Position numbers and translations under genes: made by a program
In this document: one piece after another, positions 1 to 13,426 of the stretch
Numbering within the stretch: position 1 is the first letter of the stretch
How the letters are laid out: each line of letters starts with the position of its first letter
Notes under the pieces: model-generated
Database searches by the model: none
The model's input: the letters and a program-made list of their open reading frames with translations, nothing else
Told to the model about the DNA's origin: nothing
Assembly: GCA_965644295.1 (NCBI GenBank)
Contig: CBFFRP010000212.1
Coordinates: 51,509 to 115,508 of the forward strand
Reading direction: 5' to 3'
Length of the DNA: 64,000 nt
Source of the DNA: Paraphysomonas bandaiensis
Taxonomy: Eukaryota; Protista; Chrysophyceae

Positions 1-2990
1 GTAACGGCCATGTGTCGCTCTGTCTCGGCAGACCTCACTAGCTTATTGTATAGGCTGCAAAGTTAAGACGAATTAGAGACCCTCTCGTGCGTTGCTATTC
101 TACTGCAAACCCGAAAAAGGTGTCTGAAGTAGACCATTTGTTAAATAAGTACAAAGGAAACGAGCAGAGACTGTATGCACAGGTATCGGTGTTACTTTTT
201 TTGTAATATATATTTTGATGAATAAATTGGTAGATACGGAAAAAATATGGCGACGACTTTCCTGAATGTCGAATATTTCCCTGACGCATTGTAGTGTTTG
301 GACTACATATTAATAGAAGGCAACGGGAACTGCGGTCCACTGTGATGTTTCTTACTCATCGTTAATTCAATGAAATTAGATTTGTTTAAGGCGTATTATA
401 TTCGGTGTGCAGTGGTTTGGCTTATTGCTGAATGCGAGCACCTGTGAATTTTAAGTGTTTATATAGAGCATAAGCACTCTAAGCCGAAGATTCTAATACT
501 TACCGCATATACTACGGTACATATATATAGTTATATAGTACATAAGGTTCAGTAATACATTTCTGAGTTCATGCTACTATTAATTGATTGACATCAGTTA
601 GGCACTGGCGATTTTGTGTTGAATTATAAAGTATAGTGGACTACATATCATATCTACCGTGCAACATTTTCTTAAATTTTACAAACAATGGATAATTCTT
701 AGAAAATATAAAAACATTGTGTGCCTCATACTTTTCCCTATCCCTGGTGCATATCAGGATATTGTGTGCCTCATATCTCATATCATACATACATCATTCA
801 ATCAGGTGCACTAGCAGAGGTTAAGCGTATTGTATATAAATGAGATGATGATGAAAATTAAGGCAATAAGAAGCATTTCGTGCGACTACAACTGTTCACT
901 TTCATCATCACACTTATTTACGAATTTCAACACCTCGCAGTTTCCATTCCCTCAGTATCCTTCTGTAATAGGAGCGCATTTGTTGTAGCTATAATAGAGA
1001 TTGGGGGTTTATTGGTTGAGTTGATCTAGTGCAATTGCTAATCCTTATAAGCATACACAGTATTCATATCATTGATTCGAAACAATATTAGTCCTAATTA
1101 GTTTTAATATTAAGTTTTCAACATCATGAGGTTAAAGAGTATCGTCCCTTGTCTAAATTTTAAAACTCGGGCTCTTCGCCGTCGTTTCAAAATTTTGAGC
1201 ACGGGACGATATATTGCCCGTGGTTAAATATAGCTATAAATTATATAATATATTTTTAACTGTTTTATTTATTTATTTAACCCTACTTCCGGAGTAGCGT
1301 TTGAAGAATGGAAGAAAAATCATCGTCTTGTGCGTATAGTCCAGACAATATCAAAATCACAAAATATTATTGAAGTAGAATATTATATAGTTCGTGTTTA
1401 CTTTTATTAAAGTATTGGCAGTAATAATCGTTGCTTCAATTCAGTGTTTCTCAAGTGACTCACTAAGTGTGTAACTTTTAATCCTTTTTTGTAGTTCGAG
1501 TACAAAGTTATCATGCCCTCACTGCCAATATGTATAAACTCAATTCCATTTCTTATTAGTATAAAAACACCCCTTAAAACTCTCATTCTAACATATATAT
1601 GGAGAGTATAAATGTATAAATACTTACACTTAAGATATCAATCATCATGTGTGTTAGAATGCGTATGATTCTCTAAGATAGAACTGTAGTATACATTAAA
1701 TGCAATGTGAATAACTGTAATACGAAGCCAAAATACTGTATAGCGATATAAAAACTCTAAAACAGAAGTATCATTACGATTCAAAATACGGAATTTTATC
1801 AGCGGTTGTTATCAGAATGATGAAATCATGTTGGTGCTGAGTTTTATGCGCAATGACACAATTGTTTATGTATTAATAATAACCCATCTAGTCTGACGAC
1901 CTAACTTTTCTTTAACGACCTAAGATATAAAATGCAGAGGAGAAATAAGGAGGACAATGTTGAGACACGGATTGAGAATTTTGAGATGTTCCTTATGAGG
2001 AAATATCAGATAGAGATAGCGATAGAGCTTCCACCAAAGAAGGAGAACTTTGGGACTCCACCATTAAACTGGAGCATTCCAACAAGTGAAGAAGGAGTAC
2101 AGGGGTACTGGAAGGCAAATGCCATCGCTTTTTCATACCATATATAGTATAGAGTATAGAGAGGTAATCAAGCAATCTCCGAAGGCATTTCAGAAGTGTC
2201 ACCTGAAGCACAAAGAGTTTGAAGCAGCGGAAGGAAGAGACAGCAAGTTCAGTGTCTGCAAGAGGAAGGAGTGTTGAGTTACTACACAATAGTAAAACAT
2301 CCAATTGTGTCATATCTTGACAAGGAGGTCAGCAGAGTAAGATCGGTGATCTTCTAACTCAGTATGGAACCGGAGGATACGGCGAAGGAATAAAACCTGT
2401 GAGAACTTCAGGCCCTGGATCAGACAGTCTTTGAGGTATCAAAGATCAGCCGGCTTAAGGAGGATTACTGTAGTAAATAAAAAATATTATCTGTTACTTG
2501 ATGACATTTCGATCAAGTGTTGTCCAGGAAGATATAAGTTCAATACTAGGAGCTCCACACACGACCAGATCTCGCCTATGCTGTCTGATTGCTGTCGAGA
2601 TATCATAGAGTAAGTCCATGTATGTATCTGCAAAGTGTACATACAGCAGTAAATACCATTTATAAGACAATAATATAATCCTGTTTTACAATTTACAAAG
2701 TCCTTCAATCAGTGTACATACTGTATTTATTTTACCGTATTCTAATTTAATGCCAAAATATATAGAAAGTCAAGATATATGAAATCCAAACCATCGAGCG
2801 ACTTGCTCTCAATATTTCTTGTTGAACATAGTAAAATTTCTTCAAAAAGAAAAGTGATACAGTTTAAATATAGACGCCCTGTAGGAGTAAATGGAAGTAA
2901 AAAACTCAAATTGCTTTAACGCCATGTAGTAGATGACGTATTCAGTGCTATTTATGCGATATTTTCCCCTTGTCGCCGCCCACCCGAAAA

Positions 2991-5900
2991 CTAAAACTCA
3001 GTGTTTTTATCTGATATATACAGCATTATTTCTTTCAACGCATGAGGAAATACGTCGTAGAAGTTCAGACCAGCTCCAAGCTTTGCAGATGTTGAACTCT
3101 CTGGTGCTAGTAGTGCATTCCAAACATCTGAAAAAGCAGCAAACGTCACATAAAAACGTCAGTTCACGTGTAAAGTTACCTGGATGATTCTCCACAAAAG
3201 ATTGGCCAACGAGTTTCATATGAATCCTCGTTCCGTCATCGAGAACATTGTCTTCATCAGATAATATATCAGCCTCTTCAATTCGAACCTACAGAAAAGA
3301 GGTCATAATATTTCTATGATAAGAATCGCTGAACATACACATACCATGTGTAACAAAGCCTTCCGACAATTGACCACGCAATCGAGACCCTTCGCGTATG
3401 TGAGAGTGAGAAATCCTCTATCATGCATTTCTTCATCACGTAACCAAGTCTCCGTTAGTTTCCAACCTTGTATCTTAGGCGCGTCGTACTCCCATCTGAA
3501 CGACCCTTGTACTAAGTTATCGCCAGGCTCAGTTAATGATAACACAGTTAAAATTTTTGCCACAGCTCTTTCATCCCGTCTTGCTAAGCACAGACAATGC
3601 GTTCCCTCAGGTTTGAGTGGGTTGAAAACATTAAGTATGCCGACACGACATATAAAGTGAGCGCACTCATAGGGCTGTAATACCCGAAATACAAGGTCGA
3701 AATTGTGTATGTCTACGACTCTACTATATAGCTGCACTGCGAGCTCAATGCGATAGGTGCCAAAGTGTCGCGTCCTGTGATGCTTTCCAATGAAGAACCA
3801 CCGCAGAATCAATGCCAGGTGCCTGGATCTAATAAACACTCGGGATAGAATATTCACAACCGCCTCTACGATGCGACTTGCCTTCACGCTATATTCAACA
3901 GCATCAGCTTCGTCAAGGGTATTTTCAGCAGCCCCCGAGGCTTCTATGACGGAGGGGCTGGACTTAGTCATAGTAAGAAAGGACTCACGTATATTCACTT
4001 CCTTGGCTCTCATATTACCACGACTAGAACTTGTCCGAACTGTTCGGTCATTCCGATCAGATATACTTGCAGTTGGTGTGCAGTCGCAGCCACAATCGAT
4101 ATTTTTCGAATCAGTTTCGACAGAGGGTGCAATGCTAAAAGAAGATACAGTAGATTCTCGAAGAGTATCCACCGGTAGCTCAGTAAGATCAATTTTTGTA
4201 TCTGTGATAGCGTTTCTCCTTAACTTCATCCTCTGTTTCTTTTGAACCTCTTGATATTTATCCCGCTTCGACAGCTCCACCGTTCCATAATCAAGCACCT
4301 CGTCATCAATGCCACGTTGTCGTCCCACATGGCATTTCTCCTCTTCTTCGAATAGCAAATGACTTAAGGAGTCCGTTGAGTCGTTGTCAGAGTCGTCATC
4401 ATTCTGGTTGCGCACATCCAAACCGTCTACTCCATATTTATACTCCTCTCGTGCCCGCGCGTTGGCATGTTCCTGCGACCTCAGAGGAAGTCGTTCATAA
4501 AATTTGCACATACAAAGCTGGATCTGCTCGGCTCGCACCGAGTCATTAATGGGAACAAATGTGCCATCAAACTTGAAATCACTCTTGGCAATTTCCTCCA
4601 TGGACTCGAGTTCATGCAACATCCGGCTTCTGTGCTGTGGCAATGCCAATGACAAGTTCAATAGGACGTTCACGCACCGCGAGTCTTTGATGACACTTGC
4701 ATTCCGAGGAGCCTTATCCGAGCCACTGAAGTCAAAGTATACATGCCCACGCTTGGGTATAGGATTGAACAGCTCGGTAGATATGTGTGCTAGTTCTCCA
4801 TTCACAACAGCATTCCGAAACGCGGACCAATCGCCGTGTTGACTAAGATCCCCCGTGCGACCTTTCTCAAAAGCACACTTCGACATACAGGTGCGTCGAT
4901 ATCGTTCGTTTTGTTTGAGTAGCTTGCTGAGACATACCCGATCCATCTCCAGCGTGAGGTCGAGTTCATAGTATCCATCATACTGACCGAGTATTGGACG
5001 CAGGGCGTTGCCCATCAACTTCACCAATTGACGAAGTGCAACCTTGTCGAAGTTAATCGTGTGCATCATAAACGCTCTAGCTTCATTGGGGTCTAGCATA
5101 CGTGGTAGCAACTTCATTACTATCGTCGCTGAATCTCGTGTTTCTGAATACATGGCATTGAATATATGCCGTGCTTCCTGTTGACGCAAGAATGAGTTCT
5201 GAATACAAAACTCTAACGCTGTGGACACACTCTCCACACCCTTTCTCACGAGCTCCATTATGTTCGAGTGCTCAATTGCAGTCACTGCCCTCGCATTGCT
5301 TTGGTGTACGTAGTCATCGCACACTTGGATGTATATCTTTCCTGTGTTTGGGGGGATATACTTCTTCGATGTATTCTCTTCCAACGCCATGACAGGAAAC
5401 TCTGTCAGACAATTTATCATGTACGTGGCCTCTTCCTTCTGCATGCGCAGGAAATCCAAAAACTCTTCCTCATCCAGCTCACCTGAGTTATCCACATCAC
5501 ATATATCCATTGCCTGTAGAAAGGCGTCATCTTCGAGACGCAACCCGACTTTGGAAAGGAGGTCCTTGATCTCCTCTCGGTCCAAACAGCCGGATCCATC
5601 CTCATCATAGGCACGAAACATTTCTTGTGCAAGTTTTACATCCGTAGCCGCCTTCAAGATATTGTTCAACCTGCTGAGCGTTACCTTTTCATGCTCGTCC
5701 ATCTGGAACTCTTTCTCTCTCGACATAACCCGAACTAGACGCATACGAAGTGCTTTGGGGGGGATATTCGCAATCTGGGCAGTAAGGGTACTTTCTGCAG
5801 GACTGGTGGAACGCAGAGATGCCTCGACTGGTTGGGGGTCATATGCACATGTACTAATCGTATAACAGGAGTTGTTAGCAACTAAGCGCAAGAGCTTAAT

Positions 5901-7362
5901 ACATATCGCCCGCTCGTACGGGCGGTTCAGAGCAAGTTCGTAAAACCCCACTGGAGAAGAACTTGGGTTGAATTTGCTGTCAGCGTCCTTGATCATGAGA
6001 TTACATCCCGAGGCCGATACCTGTACCCGACACCCTACAAAAGATAATCCGTCGGTAAAACTAGGTACACATATAGAGGTTGTGCTTACCCACACTGAAA
6101 GGGATCTGCATGAGGATACGCCCGCCTCCCTCGCCAATGGGATTTCCATCCATTTTAACCTGTTTCAACGAAAAGTTCTCTTCTATTGCCACACAGATGG
6201 CAAAGCAGGCAGTAAAGTTGATGCCATTATTGGCCAGTAGCAAAGTCTTGATCGTATTGTTGTTGAGCAGGGCGTGACCAAGCTGTTCGCCTCCATCTCG
6301 CCCAAGGGTGTTGTACGACAGGTCCAAACAAACGATGTGGTTGTTAGTGGAGAGACAATCAGCAAGCGCTATACCTCCATCTAATCGTATCATATTCCAC
6401 CCCAAATGAAGCGTATGCAATGCACAAGTATTCGCCGCAAGTAGGCTAGCAATCGCCTCTCCTCCGGTGATTATGTCAGGTTGAAACACATTAAGCGTCT
6501 CTACTTGTCCTATTTTGTTGCTTGCAAGGTCAAGTTCCTCCAACACACTGTTTCCTGCTAGTGCATCCACAAACATACGGCATTCATCGTCATCTATATC
6601 ACTTTTCTGAAGAATCAGTCGGCGAAGAGAGCAAGAAGAAGTCTTCAAATATCGTGCTAGGGCAGCAGTTGACTTCCAGTCCAGGTGGTTGTTAGACAAA
6701 TCTAAATGAGTAACTTGGGGTAGTGCAATGATGGATATCAGGATCGGACCAACGGAGAGGTCACTGAGGTTGTTGTCTGCAAGGTTAATTGAGGTCACAT
6801 AAGGAAGATCTCGTAATGACTCTGCAAATAAAATTCCAAGCTCGTCGCCCATGCCTTGATGCTGAAGATTGAGTTCAGGTGATACTCGTCTTCGAATAAT
6901 AAGTGACATGCGCGGGTTCAGGCCCCTTTTCAAGCAAGATGATATGAACTTAGTTCTTGGAGAAGTCTCACACCCCCTCTGCACATCTGTCTGAACGCTC
7001 TGCGCATCAAACGAGTCATCAGATGCGCCTTCATCGTCATCGGCCTCTCTCTCATAGCTGTATTCGAACCTCGTGCGGTCCATATCTTCCCCTCTGCGAT
7101 AGAGGACTTTCCTCTGATTGGACAGCCATCGTATACGGCGACCAAACTCATGTCGAGCCTCCGCACCAAAATACTGCTCTAGTTTAACGGGAGAGGAGGA
7201 GCAGCAGGTGGGGGGAGGGTGACGGGAGGCATACACACCGCATGACTCCGCTATGCTGCTAGACAACATGGTACATGCTACCTGGTAGAGAGGTCGGCTC
7301 AGAGACTGCGATGAGGTGGACGTTACTTCACAAGTCTCGCTCTCTGTGCGCGTGATATTCAT
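2991..7362 (-). CDS. Multi-exon LRR (RNI-like) + EF-hand protein with a repeated C-terminal module, ~1400 aa
   Basis: ORF 6061-7368 has RNI-type LRRs (LNLQHQGMGD, INLADNNLSD, LDLSNNHL, LDLASNKIG, LDLSYNTLG). ORF 3303-6149 has paired EF-hands (DEDGSGCLDREE, DVDNSGELDEEE). The two are joined by a GT-AG intron at ~6037-6090. Two further short introns lead to a TAG at 2991. Confidence 0.85.
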
Positions 7363-7516
7363 GGGCACTCTATACCGTATACAGCAGTATACTGGGACCA
7401 GGACACTGTACTCCGGTACTACACCAACTCTACTGCTGTATATTCACACATATTTCTCCGCATCCCAAACATGTCAACATGGCAGAACTCCACACTTTCT
7501 CCGAGTTATCCAGATA

Positions 7517-7709
7517 CAGTCAGCTCGCGTTAAGCTGACGGACATGTACCATGGCAGAAGTCGTCATCAAAACGGAAGTCGTCGCCATAAAAAAAACTGG
7601 TTTTTGTTTCCAAAAACGGGGGTTTTGTACAAAAATCTAGTTTTTTTAAAAAAAAAACGGTTTTTAGATAGCCTAACCATATATCTGCTATCTTAACGCG
7701 AGCTGACTG
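7517..7709. mobile_element. Tc1/mariner/Pogo-type MITE, 193 bp
   Basis: Perfect 18-bp TIRs CAGTCAGCTCGCGTTAAG (7517-7534) and CTTAACGCGAGCTGACTG (7692-7709), each flanked by TA. The interior is rich in A/T tracts and non-coding. Confidence 0.85.
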
Positions 7710-7937
7710 TATACATACACGGTACAGTAGGAATTCCTACTGCTGTACATACATCAGAGTCTATGTATACCTATACGGTATACTCTGTACTGTATGTACA
7801 TGGAATATGGTACTCTAGGAATCCTGCAGCGGTACACAGCGGTATGAGTACGTGGATGCTGCTGCTGTGCGCAGTGCTATTGAGCACATTGTTATTATTC
7901 TTGTCACAATTCCATCACCCTGCCCTTGATCGCTGCA

Positions 7938-10900
7938 ATGATCAGGCTCCTTCTTTTCGTTGCACTGTGTCAGGGCTGTGTCAGTGTGAGCACAGGGAGG
8001 CGGATAGTGGAGTTGGATCCCTCGTGCTCCGTGTCTCACATGAGATCCTTCATGACGAGGTCTCTCCTACAGCCAGACACACACAGAGACAAAGACAGAG
8101 ACGGGACTGCTATAAGCCACGAGTACCGCAATGTGTTTCACGGCGTTGCTGTTGAGGGGGTGTCGTGCAGGGACCTCGTCAACTCGTCATGCGTGCGGCG
8201 CTGTGTGTCTGATTCCATAAAGAGACTAGTGACGGTCCCTTCTTGGGGGCTCGACAGAATAGATCAGAATGACCTCCCATTGGATAACAAATATAACACT
8301 GCCTTCACTGGTCAAGGAGTTGACGTGTACATATTAGATACTGGTCTTGATACTAATCATATTGAATTCTCTGCCAGTGGAAGTACAGTTCAAAGAGAGG
8401 TCAAGAATGTGTATGATGCCTTTGCAAGACACAAGAAAAGCCCATCGTCAGATACAGATAGACATGGTGAGTAAGTTTACAATTTGTAGGATTGAGTGTA
8501 TTTAGTGTTTTGCGCAGGCCACGGTACCCACGTAGCTGGCACAGTGGGGGGGAACAGGGTGGGCGTTGCAAAAGGAGCGAATATATATGGTTTACGCATT
8601 CTTGGTGATGAAGGTGAGGGAACCACCTCTGATATTCTGGCCGCCATGGATTATGTACATACTCTTGCTGCTGCTTCTGGGCGCCCCAGTATTGTGTCAA
8701 TGAGCCTTGGTGGAGACTGCGAAAACCCATCTAACTGTGAAGCGGACTCCCTGGTGCAAGGTGTGGAGAGCCTATACCAGGCAGGAATACTCTCAAGCGT
8801 TGCTTCGGGTAACTCGGGGTGTAACGGTTGTTATGGGTCGCCTAATGCTGCACCGAATGCTGTTAATGTCGGTGCCACCACCGCTGTGGACACAATTACG
8901 TACTTCTCAAATTACGGGCAGTGCATCGATGTGTTTGCTCCGGGCTTCAATATCGTATCTGCGGCTGCGAAGAAGGTGGCGGGGGATGAAAACTCATACT
9001 GGGAGTTGAGCGGTACATCTATGGCAACGCCACATGTTTCTGGGGTTCTGGCTCTGTTGATACAGAAGTACTCTCCTGGGCTGCCGGTCGGCGATATTTA
9101 CAAGGCGCTTCTTTGCGAGGCATCAATGGAGAAAGTCACTGCCAATCCATTGGACACCTTGTCACGAAGTCTGCTACTGCAAGTGCCAAGTGATATGCAG
9201 CCAAGCCTTGAGTCCTGCGCTGTGGGTGCGGGTTGTCCTGGCATGTGTTCTGGGCGCGGTGTCTGTTTACCGGAACGGCTCATACCGAGTTATACCTCTA
9301 ACAGTGACGTCAACAGAAGCGACAACATGGTGTGCTACTGTGATGCTGGGCTATATGGTGATGATTGCTCAGAATCCTCTGACCCTGCATGTAGTCAGCA
9401 ATATTCGCACCACATCACGCTGTCCATGACAGATTCTTTCGGAGATGGGTGGTCGTTCGCATCTTACGCTATCAGCGACAGTGTGGGCAAAGTGGTGGAT
9501 GGGGCAGTGGACAGCCTCTGCTATGGCTACAGTGATTCCAAAACTTACTGCTTAGTGGAAGGAAACTATATATTTCGCGCTGATATGGGACTGTTTCCTG
9601 ATGAGAACGAATGGAGTATGTGTGGGATCAGGGGTGGTACACCTTATACAGGGACCTTCATTGTAGCCCAGCAGAGCCATCATTCAGCAGTTTGTCAATT
9701 TACTTGCAACGGCCGAACCTCACTGGATGTGCTGTATATGGAAGACTCCTATGGGGACGGTTGGAATGGGGGGTACTACAGTCTCTACTCCTTAGAGGGT
9801 GTGCCGCTATTCGGAGGGTCTCTTCAGACTGGAACCAGTGGTTCACACCACATCTGCCTACCAAGTGGCTGCTCAATATTCATTTTAGGAGCATCGGGAT
9901 CCGAACCCCAGGAAGTGTCATTCGAACTGTGCGGGTATAGAGGTGGGGTCAGCGATGTCTTAATGGTATGTGTGGGCGAGTCCGGGACATGTAGTGTTAC
10001 GAACGTTCAACCTGAAAACCCCGCAGTCTGTGATCACGAAAACATCGACACGCGGGTTGATATTACACTCTTTCATTTTGGTGTGACAAATGCATTCGGA
10101 ACAGATAACTTTCAGGAGGGGTCTGTGAGTGTCATTATTACGGACCCTACTTTGGGTGATGCTGTCGTCTCAGAATTTTCCATTAACAACGAGTTCATGG
10201 GTGTGTTCGACATCTGTCTGCGAGATGGTTGCTACGACATTACCATACAGGGGAGCATGTCGGACGAGGATATACTTGACGCGATGTGGTTGGTGTGTGG
10301 TACCCGCGGAGATATACCGTGGCACTCAAGACTGTGTGTGGATCGCAGTCATGGTTTTTGCTATGGGCTGACAAACTGCCCAGTACTTATCACATATGCC
10401 CACACATCTGACAAACAGTACTATGTAGCCTTTCAAGACTCTATCGATGATTACGGTGCCCCTTCTAACGAGGTCAGCCACTTTGGTAATGCGCATGGCG
10501 TTACAGAGCTCTGTGGATTATCGGATGGTCGGCACGATATATATGTCGGTGCTGGCAAATACAGTGGGACAAATGATGACCGCAATACTGCCCAGCTTTG
10601 TGGACAGGCGATATCGATGCCATTTAGTGCATCTATGTTAATCAGTGGCAACGGTTCTGAATGTGTCTTGGAGAGTGTGCATTCTAATACATGTGCTGGT
10701 GGGAAACGTGCACATGACATAGTGATGATTGATGCTTACGGAGATGGTTGGGGTTACCACGCTGGCTTTACCATTCATGAAGGCTCTTTAGACGGGCCAA
10801 TTGTTTATTCTGGTACTCTAGTTAGTGGGCAGATTGAAACAATGTCAATGTGCCTTCAGCCAGAGAAATGCTACTATATTGATGTTGATGCACAACAGTT

Positions 10901-12437
10901 TACAGATGAGGTTAGTTTAATGTTATTTTCTTGTGTTTGCTGATTGTACTGTTGTATTTAGGTTCTATGGGTAATGTGCGGCTTTTTTGGTGACGCTCCC
11001 TCTACAAAGCATTTTTGTGTGTCAGAAGACAGCTGCGTATTTAGTGACACCGATGACGATATGTACAATAGAGAAGATGATGACGACTTTCCCAGTCTTG
11101 ACACCGAGCTGACGTTTTACCCGTCCTATTCCCCATCAACGATACCGTCTCTGAAGCCGACGGTTACTCGTAGCCCTACGAATTTACCTTCTGTGACACC
11201 TACTTCTGTGCCTACTACAATACCTACGATCATGCCGACCACTCCTGTTCCAAGTAGCCAGCCGGCTGCTGTTCATCCAAGTGGTATTCCCACCCCTGAC
11301 CCCACTCCTGCACCGTCAACGTCTTTGCCTTCCCTTACTCCGTCTGTTCCATATCGCCCAATATATAGACCTGAGTATGGGCATGAAAATATATCGTACG
11401 TACTTTTTTCGACCCTTGAATCAAGAGTGAAAGTGGGTGTTATGGATGAATACGCGGATAGAACAGTTTTCAATGCTTCCGAGCTGCAATTTCTTGGTAA
11501 AGCTGTTGCGAAAACTCTTGTTAGGGCTGAGTTATCTCTCTGGTCCGTGAATATTATTAATTGTGATGTAGTGGACTCCAAGCTTCCCTTAGACCTTGAT
11601 GTTGGACTACTTGACAGTGTATCTTATAAGCGCGCCCACCGGGGTCTCAGGAAACCTCACCTGCCCTCTCTCAGCACAAAGGATCTGACATGTGGGCTCA
11701 CTATAGGTGTACAGTCCCCACCTTATCAGTACTTAGATCCGTTGGGGTTGAAGCAGGCAGTGGATGTAGCGCTGCGAACGTCTTTGCTAACTGGATCACT
11801 ACAAAATGATCTTAATGCGGCATTATCCTTGCAGCTTAAGCATTCTCAAGCAATGACGGTTATAAAAGAGGCTGCAGTGCAAAGCCTCCTGATTATAGTA
11901 GACTCATCGGATCTAGATCCCATACAGTCCGAGAGTCCGCCAGCAGATCGGGCAGACGATGATGTGTTTGGGGACTTTACGAATGACAATGATAGCGAAG
12001 GCCAGCAAAATAAGAAAAGCACCATTGCTGTGGACGCACATTCCCATGGCATGCTTGTAGGGGTTGTGATAGCCATGTCGTGCGGCGGACTATTGGTGAT
12101 GTATGGGGGTTTCCTGTTAAGTCGTTGTAGAGTGAAGCGTAACCGACGGAGGGGAAGGGATAGTGCAGGGGCTTATGCCAAGGTTGAAGGTGGAAAAATG
12201 CGACCTTCAAGAGTCTTTCAAATTGAGGACGAGGAGGATGAGGAAGGTGGATATGAAGATGATCAGAAGGGATTGGATACTGTGTCTCACGACATTGAAG
12301 GGGAAAAGCATGAGAATGATAACAATGAGAGAGCAGAGAAGACAATGTCTACCGCAATGGTTGTATGTGATGTGATGTCGGAAGAGGAATCTGTTCTGGA
12401 CTCACCATCAGTAAAGGAACCAGAATTCACGTACTAG
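7938..12437 (+). CDS. Type I membrane-anchored subtilisin (S8, proteinase K-like) with EGF-like, DxxGDGW-repeat and Pro/Thr stalk domains
   Basis: Signal peptide [22 protein letters not shown], and the catalytic triad YILDTG / HGTHVAG / GTSMATPHV. Introns at ~8467-8517 and ~10910-10961. TM helix [22 protein letters not shown] is followed by a basic stop-transfer cluster. Confidence 0.92.
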
Positions 12438-13426
12438 CCTAAATTATACGAGATGCACATTGTAGACGTATATTTTGCGACGAGTGCATATAGTGAAGCA
12501 GGAGATATTATATTTTGATTATTTTCGTTGTTTATTTTCAACTCAACGTTGGAATAGGCAAAACTAGTACACATTTGTTTTAGTAGCTTTAGATTTCGGT
12601 GGCTCACCGATGTGTATTTACCTGTATATACTATAAAGATAATTACAACCTAATATACAACCATATAGAAACGAGGGGGAGAGGGTGAGGCTCTCCTCAA
12701 TCCCTCAAATTACTCTTCTCGTCTTGTCTATTAATTCTACTTCCCCTCGTCTTTTATATATGGAATATTGGAATTATGAAACTGCGACCACTCGGTGCAG
12801 GTGATGTAATTGCTAATTAATGAAATAGAGTACATAGTTTTTGAACTTTTTATAGAGTGTCCAGTGTCACAACATGAATTTGCATACGACACGGTACGAT
12901 CTATTGATAAGTCTGTATGATCAATACAAAGCATATCACATCCAATAGAACATCGATTCCTAAGTGTTCAGGGAGTGTTAGCAGTGGATTTAATAAATAA
13001 TAAAATAAATTGGTGTCCCACAGAAGCAGGACAAATCCTGGATGCCAATGCTTGCGTTGAGCGTTGAATACGTACAAGTTGGGGATGAGTAAAATATCAG
13101 TCCCTGTACACTGTTAAGAATAGTACTGCATTTTGAAGTAGCGCTTAATATTTAAAAGTAAATAGTATTACTTGCAGTAAAATACGTATTTTGCAGTTGG
13201 AACTAATGCGAAGTAAAACTGAAAGTAATGACATATAGTAGCCGTAAAAGAGTAATCTGACCATGACTGATATACTGATATATTGTGTCTATTCAAGACA
13301 TTCAACGATTACGTGTAACCTGAGTTACTAGCAAAAGTAAAATATACAAGACCAAGAGGTATAAAAAGTGAAATTATAAGGGAAAAAGTTAACAAACAAT
13401 TATATTACTGTCTATTATTATTTATA

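Noticed and set aside
1900-2620. Short purine-rich ORFs, possible retroelement relic
   Set aside because: The ORFs are fragmented, with no RT, integrase or gag motif and no ends identified.
6061-6149. Overlapping or frameshifted ORF pairs (also 40551-40572, 46681-46774, 56198-56214) as programmed frameshifts or separate genes
   Set aside because: Each is resolved by a short canonical GT-AG intron.
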